A stretch of 64,000 nt of DNA from Adineta vaga (Eukaryota; Animalia; Rotifera): positions 11,470,001 through 11,534,000 of the forward strand of contig CP075492.1 in assembly GCA_021613535.1 (NCBI GenBank). The letters run 5' to 3'. Shown one piece after another: positions 1 through 12,047 of the stretch (positions within the stretch are counted from its first letter, which is position 1; each line of letters starts with the position of its first letter). The position numbers and the translations under genes are program-made. The notes beneath the pieces were generated by a model. The model did no database searches. It saw nothing but the letters and a program-made list of their open reading frames with translations, and had not been told where the DNA came from.

Positions 1-1099
1 GTTAAAGATGATTTTGTTGTCTATAGCGATGAATTTCGTAAGAATCAACAAGGTTAATGAAATATTTCTATTTCCTCCGATCCGGTATGTGTACCTGTTT
101 TATCACTCCAACACTTATCGGTTACAAAAATAACTTTTTCAGGCAAAAAAGATCCTTTTTAGGAGCGATACATATTGGGAAATAAACCGACAGGTTATAA
201 TGATTATCTATATAATCATCAAAATATGTGGGCTTTTATATCTTACTTGTAACGTCATTTATTGATTTGACTCATTCAAACGATCTTCTTGTGACTATTC
301 CGAAAAGATGTACATCAATAAGGGTGATTAGAACAATAAGTTTTACACATCATGATATCATATATAGTCAATATTGACAGGAAAAAACCTAGGAGAGAAG
401 GGAATTTATATCACACGATAAATAACAAGTACGATCATCCAATAACCAGAACTCTCGTTACTAGACAAAACATTTCGTCATATAGAATGTATATGACGTC
501 ATTTTTACGCAATTATTCTATAACATGAGTCAGAAAGAAAAGATATGGTGAAATATAGAGAAGAGAAACACTCGATCGATACCATTTACTCGGTAATCAA
601 AATAATAGAATAGAAAATACAATCATAATTTTCATTTTACATCAAGCCGTTAATTTCAAGTTCGAAAAAAAACATTCAGTCAAAACGAATAAATCTTGAT
701 ATATTTTTTTGCATAATTGGAGAAAACCCAAAAATTGTTTATTCATCGAGTATAAAAAACGATTGTTATATGACTTTTATTCATTCTTTACTTCCTATAA
801 AATACAAAGTCAGCTGATTGAAATAAAAAAGTATATGATTAATTTCTTAACAAAAATCTTCTTCTCGTCGAAATGAAACATTATTGTCGACCTCTTTCTA
901 ATAATAAACATACTATCACTTGACAAAAACATTGACAGTCGTTATAGTTATTATCCCACTCATAATTTTCGAATCATTTCATTTTCCACGTCAATTTTCT
1001 AATACCATGCAGATACACTTGATAATTTATCATTTAAATGACTAATTCTTTGATTTATTCAGATCTTCCTCAAGTAATTCTTTTCAGCAAAAACAAATC

Positions 1100-1572
1100 A
1101 TGACAGCATTATCATCCACAACAAATGAATGCCATGAAAATTCTTATAGATTTGAATATAAATCAAAACCAAGTACCACTATACATAAAATTGGTCGATG
1201 GTCTATTGAAGAAAGTTTCGAACCATTCGAACAAAAAGAAAATAAATCAACACTATCAACTAAACGTAAAAAACAAAGTTTATTCAACGAATCTAATATT
1301 CATCAATGGAATGTAAGTCATTTATCGAACATGATTTTATCAAAGATTTTTCTTTACTATAAATTTAGGTTGATGATGTATGTTTATTCTTCATATCTGT
1401 TCTTGAAACAACCTGTTATTCATTAATAATCAGAGAACATCTTATTGATGGAGCTGCTCTTCTTCTACTAGAAGATAAACATTTGATGAAATTTTTTCAA
1501 ATGCCATTGGAATATCGATTGAAACTACTTCGTAAAATTGCCAGAATAAAAAAAGAGCATTCTTTTTTATAA
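1100..1572 (+). CDS. SAM (sterile alpha motif) domain protein, 2+ exons
   Basis: Intron ~1313-1368 joins ...ESNIHQWN to VDDVCLFF...IREHLIDGAALLLLEDKHLMKFFQMPLEYRLKLLRKI, a SAM consensus (W-x-V-D-D-V ... IDG.ALL.L). True start may lie upstream. Confidence 0.75.
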
Positions 1573-1576
1573 CATT

Positions 1577-2450
1577 TTATTGTTTTTGAAATTTTCCTTG
1601 TAAAAAAACACGTGGTACACAGACATCTTCTTTGAAATTAACTGTCTCTTTAAATACATATGATAATTCATCAATTTTAAATTGACATTCTTTTAATAAA
1701 TTGTTCAAATATTCAATTGAAAAAAAGTAAGCACGTGTACCATCTTGTCTCACATAGAAATTTTCAGATAATTTATGTTGTCGTTGACGAGCAAAACGAA
1801 ACATTGCATGATCATATAGACCGTAATCGCGAAAGAGAAGATACCCACCAGGTTTTAAAACCTAATAAAATTCAATGATACATTTATTTTAATGTAAAAT
1901 TTCTTACTTTATGAATTTTTTGAAGTACATGTAACATTTTATCGGGATGAATAGCAGATAGAACAAAGATCATGGAACAAAAATCAATCGAATTTTCTTC
2001 AATTGGAATATCTGTTTCAGCAGTTAAATCACAAACAAATGATTGAATACGTGCTTGATCATAACTGGCATTCTGACGAAGAAGATCAATTGCAGTAGAA
2101 GAAAAATCACATGCATAGATAGATAGATTTGGTAGTTCATTTAATAATGGAAATAGAAAATTTCCAACACCGCAACCAACTTCAAAGAGTTTGACAGATT
2201 CGTTTAGATTTATGTCAAATTCTCGTAATGTCCAATGACGATCTTTGAAAAAATTACTTGTATTTCGTTTATAGAATTGATCCCAATATTTCTGAGCATT
2301 TTTATCATAGAGATTCTGTTTAAATACGGGCACTTGTTGACGTTCTTGTTGTTCGGGAGAGTTTAAACATTCATACTCGTCATTGGTTATCGCACGTTCA
2401 GTATTTGAACGAGAACCATGAATAGAATCGGAGATATTACTATCAGTCAT
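1577..2450 (-). CDS. METTL6: tRNA N3-methylcytidine methyltransferase, METTL6/METTL2 family, 2 exons
   Basis: Motifs YWDQFYKRNTSNFFKDRHW, EVGCGVGN, YACDFS, IFVLSAIHP, LKPGG...RDYG, YVRQDGTRAYFF, RVFLQGKF. Confidence 0.92.
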
Positions 2451-2555
2451 ATGATCTAGAAGAAGATATTTAAGAACATATAGAATCGGTTTCACCATCT
2501 TTATTAGAACTAAAATACGCGCATGTTTAAGTTTTAAAGCAAAGTTTAAAAAAAG

Positions 2556-3475
2556 TTATTTTTTCTCGTCGCTTTTTGATTTTGATGCATCTTCGAGATC
2601 AGGCATCGGTTCATCATCACTATCAGTTTCTTCATCTTCAAGATCATTTAGATCAGTTGTAGATGCACCACTCATATCACCACCCATTTGTTTCATCATA
2701 TTATCTAGAACAAAAGAGAGAGAGAGAGAGAGAGAACATACATGAAAGTAATTATTAAAGAGTTTTCCGAAAGAGATAGACTTACCTAAATTACCCCAAT
2801 CTTTACCACCTAAATCATCTTCATTCTCATCATCATCTATGCGTAAAACAAATATGAAGAGATACAGATCCGATATGTTAAAAGACATAAAAATTACCTT
2901 CAGCATTAAAATGATTCCAATCAATTGCAATCCATTGACACTACAAGAAACGCTAAAGTTGCAAAGAACATAATAAAAGTAAATATCGTTACTTTATCAG
3001 TTGATTTGATCAAACGTTTCCAAAATGGTTTCTTTGGATCTTTCTTTTTCAACATAAATTCCCAATAGTTTTGACTTGTTTTGTGATATTTCGATGTCTA
3101 AAATAAAATTCCTTCGAATAACATCTGATTTTCGAAGATAAAATTCAATAGTTTGATTTCAAAGAAAATCAGCATACTTTTGGATCGATTTCATCAAAAA
3201 ATTCCAATGTTGTATCATATTTTAAATTTTCTGTTTGTTGTCCTCTACAATTAGATCAAATCCGTTTGTTCTCAACATACTCATCGTCTTTTTCTTTTTA
3301 CTTAAAATGTAATTTCGTTGGTTCAATTGTAATTTCAGGTTTGTCAATATCTTGCACTGCAATTGTTAATAAGATATAATCCTTTTTCTGACCCCATTTC
3401 ACTGATGGATGATGACTTGCCCTAGAAATTTTAATATAAATACTTTATTCATCAATTCAAATCTTTCACATACAT
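2556..3475 (-). CDS. PTGES3: Hsp90 co-chaperone p23 / prostaglandin E synthase 3, multi-exon
   Basis: Spliced product MASHHPSVKWGQKKDYILLTIAVQD...FWKRLIKS...WIAIDWNHFNAE plus an acidic tail ending DSDDEPMPDLE. Confidence 0.9.
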
Positions 3476-3660
3476 TTTTCTGATATTTGATTTCGTTTTT
3501 CAATTCGTTACATAAAATAAGTAAAGGCAAAAAGAAATAAACAACCATTCCTATTGGTCTAGTCAAAAACACCAATCATTAGACTTCAATTGTATATTGC
3601 AATGCAATACATTTTATTACATACAACACAACCTTTTCTTCAGTACATTTGAATACACAG
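3476..3660. promoter_or_regulatory. Putative bidirectional promoter between p23 (-) and Tim8 (+) with CCAAT boxes
   Basis: Head-to-head starts ~185 bp apart; ATTGG at ~3554 and CCAAT at ~3572. Confidence 0.5.
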
Positions 3661-3971
3661 ATGAGTCTTGCATCTTTAGCAAACGATCCTGAATTACAAA
3701 AATTTGTTGCTGCTAAAGAACTTGAAAATCAATTAACTGCTCAAGTAAGAGTTTTATTCATTATATATATATATATCGATATAGAATGATCTATTCGTAG
3801 GTTCATCATTTAACTAATATATGTTTTGATAAATGTGTTGAATCCAATGGTAACGTAAGCGAATTATCAACTCGACATATGACATGTTTACAAAATTGTG
3901 TCGATCGTTTTCTTGATTGTACGATGTTAATTACAAATCGAACAATTCAACGCATTCAACAAGGACGTTAG
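3661..3971 (+). CDS. TIMM8: Mitochondrial import chaperone Tim8 (twin CX3C), 2 exons; absent from the ORF track
   Basis: MSLASLANDPELQKFVAAKELENQLTAQ|VHHLTNICFDKCV...TCLQNCVDRFLDCT; twin CX3C motif. Confidence 0.92.
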
Positions 3972-4095
3972 AAAGAATAAAGTCGATAAATTTTTGTTTT
4001 GTTTTTCATAGAACAAGAAAAAAATGTCCACGTACTTAGTAGCAATGATATTCTAGGATCGTTTATGTTTTCATTGCAGATTTTCATCCGAATCA

Positions 4096-5255
4096 ATGGC
4101 TTTTCGTAATTTAACACGTGGTTTATTTCAACTGGTTACACATCGACGATTATATTCATCGATTTCAAGACAAATCTTTACTCGAAAACCAATCGCGGTA
4201 AATCAACGATTTCTTCCATTTCGTTCATTTTCATCCGTACAAACGAATGATGATGCTTATAAAGATTTAAGTCGTTTTTTGGAAAAAGAAATTCAACTGG
4301 AAAAAAGTGCACAAAAACATCCAAGTAAATTACCAAATATTCAAGGTTTTGAGGTAGGATGTCTTGTATTCAAAAATTGATGTATCATTTTATATTTTTC
4401 AGGTTCAAACCAAAGGTCCTGAAGTAACATTAACACGTCAATCAGGAAATGAAAAAGTGACGATTATATTTAATGTTACAAGTACAGTGAATGCAACGGA
4501 TTCTGATCAAGAAGCTGATTTAGATGCAGCAGGTCAACAACAATTAGGTGGTGAAACAGCATCTCAACCATCATCACAATTAAAATCTCGACCAACATTT
4601 ACTGTCGATATTAATCGTGGTGGACAAACTTTATCATTTCTATGTTCCTATTTGCCACAGGATTATCCTCATACACCAGATCTAGGTCAAAGTGCAGAGA
4701 ATGATTATCAACGTGGAGGAAAGAATAATGAAAATGATCAATTAGAAGATTTTCAAATTGATGAATTTGCAATTCATGATGGAGAATGGAATGAAAAAGT
4801 CTATAGTGCTGATTGTGCTGTTATTGATGGTGAACTCTATGATAAATTACTTAATATATTAGAAGAACATGGCATTGGAGAAGGTTAGTAGATTTTTATC
4901 ATTTTGAATGAATATAGTCAAAGTAAACATCACATACACAGCCGGGTTTCATTTCGTTCTGTCGATACATGTGTATATAGTATTACTATTTTCTTTCTTT
5001 CCTTTACATTAGAAAATGAACTAAATAGTCAAAGTTTTCGTTTTACTTTTGGACTATTCAAATTTCTGTGACGAGTATATAATGGAAAATCATTTCATCA
5101 TCTTTCTTTCTTGTTTAGTGAAAATTAACAATAATATCTTCTCTTTATATTTCTTTTTAGAATTTGCTAATCAATTGATTGATTATTCTACTGCATATGA
5201 ACATCGTCAATACATTGGTTTATTAGAAAAATTACAACAATTTACTAAAAAATAG
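4096..5255 (+). CDS. C1QBP: Mitochondrial acidic protein p32/MAM33 (C1q-binding protein), 3 exons
   Basis: Arg-rich presequence; FLEKEIQLEK, RPTFTVDINRGGQTLSFLCSY, IDGELYDKLLNILEEHGI|EFANQLIDYSTAYEHRQYIGLLEKLQQF. Confidence 0.92.
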
Positions 5256-5410
5256 AATATAAACAGGAGATTTTATCCCATTATAGTTTATGTTCTTGAA
5301 ATAAATAAAATGAAAACGCAATGCCCTTACATGATCTATCATCTTCATGTGAAAGATAAAAATCATTGTTTATGTGTTTTCTCATTTTCCTAGATTTATT
5401 GATTTTCATC

Positions 5411-5785
5411 ATGTCGATGATCTATTTTGTTCTATGTGCTTTAATCTGTGCAACAACCATTTCCGCTACTCTTGCACCACGTGATGTTTATTCAGCAGTG
5501 ATTCAAAATGCACAAGATAAACCGATTCAATGCAGTATTTTGTGGTCGAAACCATCAGGTGAAGGATTAGAAAGTGCTCTATTCACTGTCGAACACAAAC
5601 AACATTATTTGGCTAGTGAAAAAAAGATGAATATGGGAACATGGGAAGCCCATGCAGCAATTCAAGAAATTCATTGTGGAAATTTAATACTCAAAGCTCC
5701 ATTTGATAAAGTAACATCACCAGTCCAAAATTGGGAATTTATTGTTCAACAAGATAAAATCGTCTCTGTCGGACCAAGTTCATAA
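5411..5785 (+). CDS. Small secreted protein of unknown function (~124 aa, intronless)
   Basis: ATG at 5411, hydrophobic signal peptide (MSMIYFVLCALICATTISA), beta-strand-like mature region with two Cys. Confidence 0.7.
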   Translation: MSMIYFVLCALICATTISATLAPRDVYSAVIQNAQDKPIQCSILWSKPSGEGLESALFTVEHKQHYLASEKKMNMGTWEAHAAIQEIHCGNLILKAPFDKVTSPVQNWEFIVQQDKIVSVGPSS

Positions 5786-5948
5786 ACTGTACAAAAATAA
5801 TTTCAATTCTTTTTTTTCTTTTCTTGTCTTATTTAATCAGATATATTAATCTCTATTTATAAATAAATCTGATACGTTCAATAAATTATTTAACTGAAAT
5901 CTTCTTTTTTTTTCTTTCTCCTAAATAGATATATTTAGATTGTATCAT

Positions 5949-6641
5949 ATGTTACGATCTAGTTTATTATCAGTATATCGTCCATATCTTTTAAATGGAT
6001 TTGGTCGACGGACATTATTCGGTCGAAGTAGTTCAACAAAAAAAATTAAGGACGATTTCGATGAATCAATCATCGAACAACCTGATTCAGTACCACAAGC
6101 TGCTGTTCCAACTATATCTGAATTAGCATCTTATAAAACTAAACAATATGTTACACGATTAGTTACTTGTCGACCATATAGTCCACCATCGAATATCGAA
6201 CAAATCATTTATCGACTTGCAAATGAAACAATTGATAATTTCAAACAAGAAACTCGAGCAGATGGTCTATGGAAAACAATTTATCTAACAAATCCATTGA
6301 GTAAATATAATCTATTAACACGTTGTATGAAAGAATGTTCACATACAATATCCAATACGAATTTAAATGATATAAAAACATTAGAAGATGTTTATCAATA
6401 CTTTTCAACGCCCGTTAGTGATGCCAATGTTTTGGAAAATTTACAACAATCATCTGATTTACCGAAAAATGTTCACATTCAAATAGATGCAGTACGATTT
6501 ACACCGGATTCAAGTGGTTTTTTCAATGGATTGGATGCATTTCCAAAACGTTCTACAAAAGTCGTAGATCTATGGTATAAGAAGAAATATGCATCATATC
6601 CAAAGAATGAAGAAGATCCATTTAAAGATAATATTTACTAA
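5949..6641 (+). CDS. MRPL50: Mitochondrial ribosomal protein mL50
   Basis: Presequence MLRSSLL...GRRTLF; core KYNLLTRCMKECSHTISNTNLNDIKTLEDVYQYFSTPV and DLPKNVHI resemble mL50. Confidence 0.75.
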   Translation: MLRSSLLSVYRPYLLNGFGRRTLFGRSSSTKKIKDDFDESIIEQPDSVPQAAVPTISELASYKTKQYVTRLVTCRPYSPPSNIEQIIYRLANETIDNFKQETRADGLWKTIYLTNPLSKYNLLTRCMKECSHTISNTNLNDIKTLEDVYQYFSTPVSDANVLENLQQSSDLPKNVHIQIDAVRFTPDSSGFFNGLDAFPKRSTKVVDLWYKKKYASYPKNEEDPFKDNIY

Positions 6642-6782
6642 ATGTTTTTTTTTGTAGTCAACAATTGTTTGTTTTTTTACATCGTTAATAAAGGGAAAAC
6701 AGCACAAATGTGCAGTTTTGTTGCGAAATAGAACAATTTTTTAAAAAAAACTTATTTCGTTTCTGTCAAGAGTTACAATGTT

Positions 6783-7615
6783 TTATTTATTGATTTTCGC
6801 ATAGATTGCGCAAACTTTCTTCGTAAACTGATGATTATCCATAACATAGATAATATTTTCGACAATTTTTAATCCGCCTTGAGTAGCCGGTTCAATTGCA
6901 TTTGCATAATCTATTGGATCATTAAAAATCGTTTTTAAATCGATAACAGCAATACCAAGCTACAAGAAAAAGAAAGAGAGGATGATAATAACAATCAAAT
7001 CAAACTTTCGAATTACTTTAGTTGCTTCAGTAATAATAACATCGTTCAATGCAGATAGAGCTGGTTCACACATTAGTTTCTGTTTCGGATTATCAAAATT
7101 TGGTTTATACATTGTACATATTGTAGTTGGAATCTGTAGTGTGCTCACATGTTTCAACATATTAACATAGTCCTACAAGAATCGATTGAATTCCAGTAAA
7201 AAAAGATTCATGATTGCTTTTTATACTTCTTCGAATTCTTTCTTTATTTCGTTCAATAGAATTAAACCTTCGCCAAGATTGTTCACTGATGTATTTAAAC
7301 GTTGCATATACGAAAGAGCATCATTTCCACCTAGAAATTATTGTCAAAGAATGTTTCTACTATGAAATCATATGAACTAAATCCTATACCGATAGATATG
7401 AATAAATGCGTAGTATCTTGAGGAATTTTTGTTAATTGAAGTGGTATATGTGAAATGGAATGTCCATCAACAGCAACTGATGTCGCTTTCCAACTTCGTT
7501 CCTGTGCCTTCATTTTAAGTTGATCAATTATTGCAAGTTCATCTTTACATACATAGAATTTATTATCAATTGTACTATCACCAAGTAAAACGATATGAGG
7601 AATTGCAGCTCCCAT
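6783..7615 (-). CDS. SGNH/GDSL hydrolase of bacterial type, 4 exons (likely horizontally acquired)
   Basis: Blocks HIVLLGDSTIDN, AVDG, THLFISIG|GNDAL, LNDVII, DYANAIEPATQGGLKI joined by three in-frame GT-AG introns. Confidence 0.85.
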
Positions 7616-7886
7616 ATTTTAATTTAATTAAATTTACTCAGGCATACTTATATATAGATATTTTTATAATATGATTCATTCTTTGCCACGAAGACATGCC
7701 TTCGTTGACTCACTACTTTTAAATGATGAAATTTTTGTTCGTTCTTCATCTCATTAATATGTTACTTGTTTTCTTTATGAAAAATGAAAAAAAGATATAA
7801 TTTTTAGGAAGACTTTCTTTTCGTTTGCATAATATGGAAGATTATCACCATTCACTCATTGTATATAAAAAAATAAAAATGATATG

Positions 7887-9233
7887 TCAAGTTTCAATTG
7901 TTTGCAATAGATCACCCAAAGGCACTGAATGTTGTCGAAGGATAATTTCCTTATAGAGTGCATTCTCTTCATTCGCTTCGATACGTCCTTCATCTATAGA
8001 AAATGATATTGAAATTTGATTGAAAAAAAAAAACAAACATAATTTTTATATTTACCATAATATTGTGATGATGAAACATTCTTTGAAACATCAGCAGATG
8101 GATGTCGGGATAGAATTTTCTTTGTATTCTTGTTACCTAATGATACGGCTGAACGTGAACCTGAATCAAACGATTTGGTATACCAGTCATGAGGATTCAA
8201 ATCAGCTTGTAATGGCTCTCGAAAACATCGTTCAGCTAGAGTTCGTTTGGCACGAAATCGTTCGGGATGAGCTGCTCGAATCTTTTGACGATCGGCTTGA
8301 GCTTGATCAAGAATAGCTTGACACTTGACAACGAAACAACATCGATCATTGTATACATATTGAACAAGAAAATCTTACTTTTTTCGTATGATATGCATAG
8401 GATGGATCGGTGAGAAATTCAGTAACTTTGATATTATTTTTAATGGCTTTGGATGCATTTGCTTGTTCGAAATATTGTAAATTTTGTTGATAAGGATGAT
8501 CAGAAAATTCTTCATCACGTTCATAAGGTGGATCAATGAATGCTCTGAAGAAATGCAAAAAAAATCTTCTAATTTAATATGCATATTTTATCTTACTGTT
8601 TATTTGTTAATAACTGATATGTTTGTTCAAGCAATTCTTCAGCTGCACCATCTTTACCATGAAGAGTTGCATCAATAAGATGAAGTGAAATTGGTAACTT
8701 TTTCTTTGCTAAGAATTGCTTTACAAGCGCCCAATTAAGTAATCGAGCATTAACTGAACGACCATTGATAAACGAGAACATATTGATATCTTTAGCAAAA
8801 TAGACATGAAGAATTTCTCCATATGCAAAGCCATTCGCTAGATCCCTTTTGATATGAAAAAAAAAGTAATCAGTTTGACTTGTATGCATTGATAAGGCAT
8901 CGTTATTAGTAAGTTTTCATTGACGATTTACATTTTTGAAGGAAAATAAGACGAAATAATACTATTTTCTTATTGTATCTTTACTCGTATGATTTATGTT
9001 GACGTCAGTTTAACAAAAAAATTGGATACTTTGAACATGAAAATCACTAATGTGGAAAAAAAGGATCATCCACATAGAAAGCTCTTCATTTCTCTCTCTC
9101 CCTCTCTCTCTCTCTAGGATGTTTATAAAAGGATAAGGTTATATATAATTTACCATCTTGGTATTACTACAGGATAGGTAAGATAGAGACTTTCGAGCCA
9201 TCGAAGTATTTCACGAGGTGTTCGAGCAACCAT
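7887..9233 (-). CDS. SPATA4: Spermatogenesis-associated 4 / SPEF1-like CH-domain ciliary protein
   Basis: MVARTPREILRWLESLYLTYPVVIPRW|DLANGFAYGEILHVYF...GRSVNARLLNW...TLHGKDGAAEELLEQTYQLLTNK. Confidence 0.85.
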
Positions 9234-9538
9234 ACCGGAACGAATCTTGTTTGTCTTCTCAAACAATGTAAACGAATCATCATTCATTATCACGGTACGT
9301 TGCTAGGATACGACCTCTTCACATCAGTCATTCTCTTCGCTCTATCGACAAAATGTTTTTTTCATTCTTTGAAAAAAGTTCAATTTAAACATAAACTATC
9401 AAGAATTAACTTCTATTGTCAATACAAATTGTCTCAATTGATTAGTCAAAATCTGATTGGTCAATTACTCATCTTTTTGTTATCATCATCATTCATACAA
9501 AAATTATTTTCTCCCAATCAATCTCACACAATATAGAA

Positions 9539-12047
9539 ATGACAGATTCGAATCCCGTACCTGAGGAAAAAACCTCAATAAATCAAACTGAACCATCAGA
9601 AAAACAATCTGTCGCGACTGGTAAAAATTTTTAAAAAATGCTTTTAACGTGAATTCTTTCATTATTTCTTTTTTTTTGATTAGATGAAGTCGCTGCTACT
9701 ACTGCTGCTGTACCAACCGAAAATGCATCTGAACAAACTAAATCTGAAGAAAAAGAACACAACATAGGTGAATAGAAATAATTCAACCTGAAAACAAATA
9801 TATTAATGATATTTTATTTCTTTTCAGAAGTATCCGCCGATGTAGAGACAACAGAAGCAAATCAAGAATCGAAGGAACCTTCTAGTGAACCACAATTCAA
9901 AGATGCAGAAAAGCCAGCTGACGATGATGATGATGAAGCTTATGATGACGATGATTCAGAATATGAAGATGTTGATGAAGAAGAAGAAGAAGAGGAAGTC
10001 GAAAAAAAGAATGAAAATTCTACTTCAAATCAATCTGCAGTTAAAGTAAAGAAATAAAATCAATTAAAATTGAATGACGTTTTCCTATGTTTCATCATTT
10101 AAGGACGAAGATGAGGAACGTATCAATGTAAAACCACGTCGATTACCCAAAAAACGTGAAGAAGATGAACATTCGGAAGATTATGAAGAAGATGGAAACG
10201 AAAAGACTTCAGATGCTAAATCAAAATCAAATCGAAAGGTAGAATAGCACAAAAAAACAATTCCATAATAACTGATTTTACATTTCACTTTTTTTTTGTT
10301 TTTTAGAAGTCGGAAAAAAATCCTGAAGAACTTGATGGTGATTTAGATACTCGTAATCCAGCATATATTCCACGAAAAGGAAAATTTTACGAACATGATG
10401 ATCGAACAGCCGATGAACCTGATCAACCAAAACAGTTAGTTCTTGAAAATATATCTATTGAATATCAAACAAATGATCTCTTCCGTATCTTTCAGAGAAA
10501 ACATTAGAAATCGAAATCGACAAAGCAAAGACTTGGATGGTAAATGGCAACATGACCTATATCGTGATGAAGATGATGATAGTAGTAAACATAATTCTGG
10601 TTATTCAAATTATAGAAGTCAAACGTCTCAGAGAGCAGGACGTGGTAATTTTAGGTATGTTCGTTTTGAGAAAACTGAACTGCTGTATCTAGTAAATCGA
10701 TTTTAGTCGGGGTCGTGGTCGGGGTCGTGGCGGTGGTGAAAGTGGTGAAGACCGAGATAAATTACATATAAACGATTATATTCCATCGACATCACGAGGG
10801 CATGGTGGTCGTGGTGGTTATCGTCAACAACAGCAGCAACAATATCAATATTATGATGAAGGAAATGATTATCGTCAGCGACCTCCACAGAATGGTGAAG
10901 TACGTGGTGATCGTTCAAATAATTTTAATGTTGAAGACTATAATCGTTCATCGTCGTCATCACATCGTGGCAGAGGCGGTGGTCGAAATAATTATGTTGA
11001 ACCTCAAGCACCACCTCGTCGACAACGCAAAGAATTTGAACAATATCAAAATGATGAACAAACAATACCACCTCGTTACAATCAACAACAGCAATCATCT
11101 GAACAATCATATCATCGTGAAAGAAATTTTACTAATAGACAGTATCAACAGCGTAGTGGACCAAGAGAAAATAATAATTCAAACAATAGTAATCGAGATG
11201 ATCAAAGACGATTCGGTGGACAATATAATTCATCGAATCAAGACGATAATGGAGAAAAAAATCGAATGCAACGACGAGATAATAATGAACCACCTCGTCG
11301 TCAAGGAAATAATAACCGAAATCAAACATCTGGTCAACAACAACAAAGACAAGGTGACAATGATAATTCAGGAAGTGGACAGTTTGGTCTCTCAGTTGAT
11401 GCACAAAACTTTGAACGTCCTAAACGATATTCAAATATGCGCAATAATGCTTCCAATTCTGGACCACAACAACAACAACAACCGCCACCACAGCAACAAC
11501 AACAATCACAGCCTCGTCAATCACATCCACAGCAGCAACAACAACAACAACAGCAGCAGCCTCAAATACCGATGCAATCATACCAAGATCAGCGTGGTAG
11601 TGGCTTTTATGAACAAAGTAAGTAATTTATATGGAAATTATTTGAGACTATCAGAGTACGGCAAGTTAGTGTATTCAAATACGTTTCTCTTTATCTTTAT
11701 TGCTAATTGTGTATTGTTGACAAATGAATACTATACACAACTTATGATCGTATCCCTATATTCGATGTCGATTTCTTTAGATCGTTGGCAGCAACCACCA
11801 CCACCACCACCTCAAGCACCCCAACCAACATATATTCCACAACAGCAACAGATGATGCAATCCCCGATGTATCATCCTCAAGCTCCGATGTCGCCTCAAT
11901 CATATTACGTTTCTCCACAATATTCTCAACCTACACAATATGTTCCTCTGAACTATGCACAAGGACATATGTCACAACAGGTAAATATCAAATCATTGTT
12001 AAAAATGTCTATTCAATTCTGTTTTTCAGCTTCAAGATAACAAATGA
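9539..12047 (+). CDS. CASC3: Exon-junction-complex subunit Barentsz/MLN51, multi-exon
   Basis: Btz/SELOR motifs NPAYIPRKGKFYEHDDR and DGKWQHDLY; acidic N-terminus, RGG-rich middle, RPKRYS motif, Q/P-rich C-terminus. Confidence 0.88.

Noticed and set aside
1-57. Open frame VKDDFVVYSDEFRKNQQG* at the window edge
   Set aside because: May be the end of an upstream gene but is too short to support.
10802-12040. 412-aa ORF rich in I/V/N/M
   Set aside because: Largely an off-frame shadow of the repetitive CASC3 exon that runs through an intron; only its last part is in the true frame.
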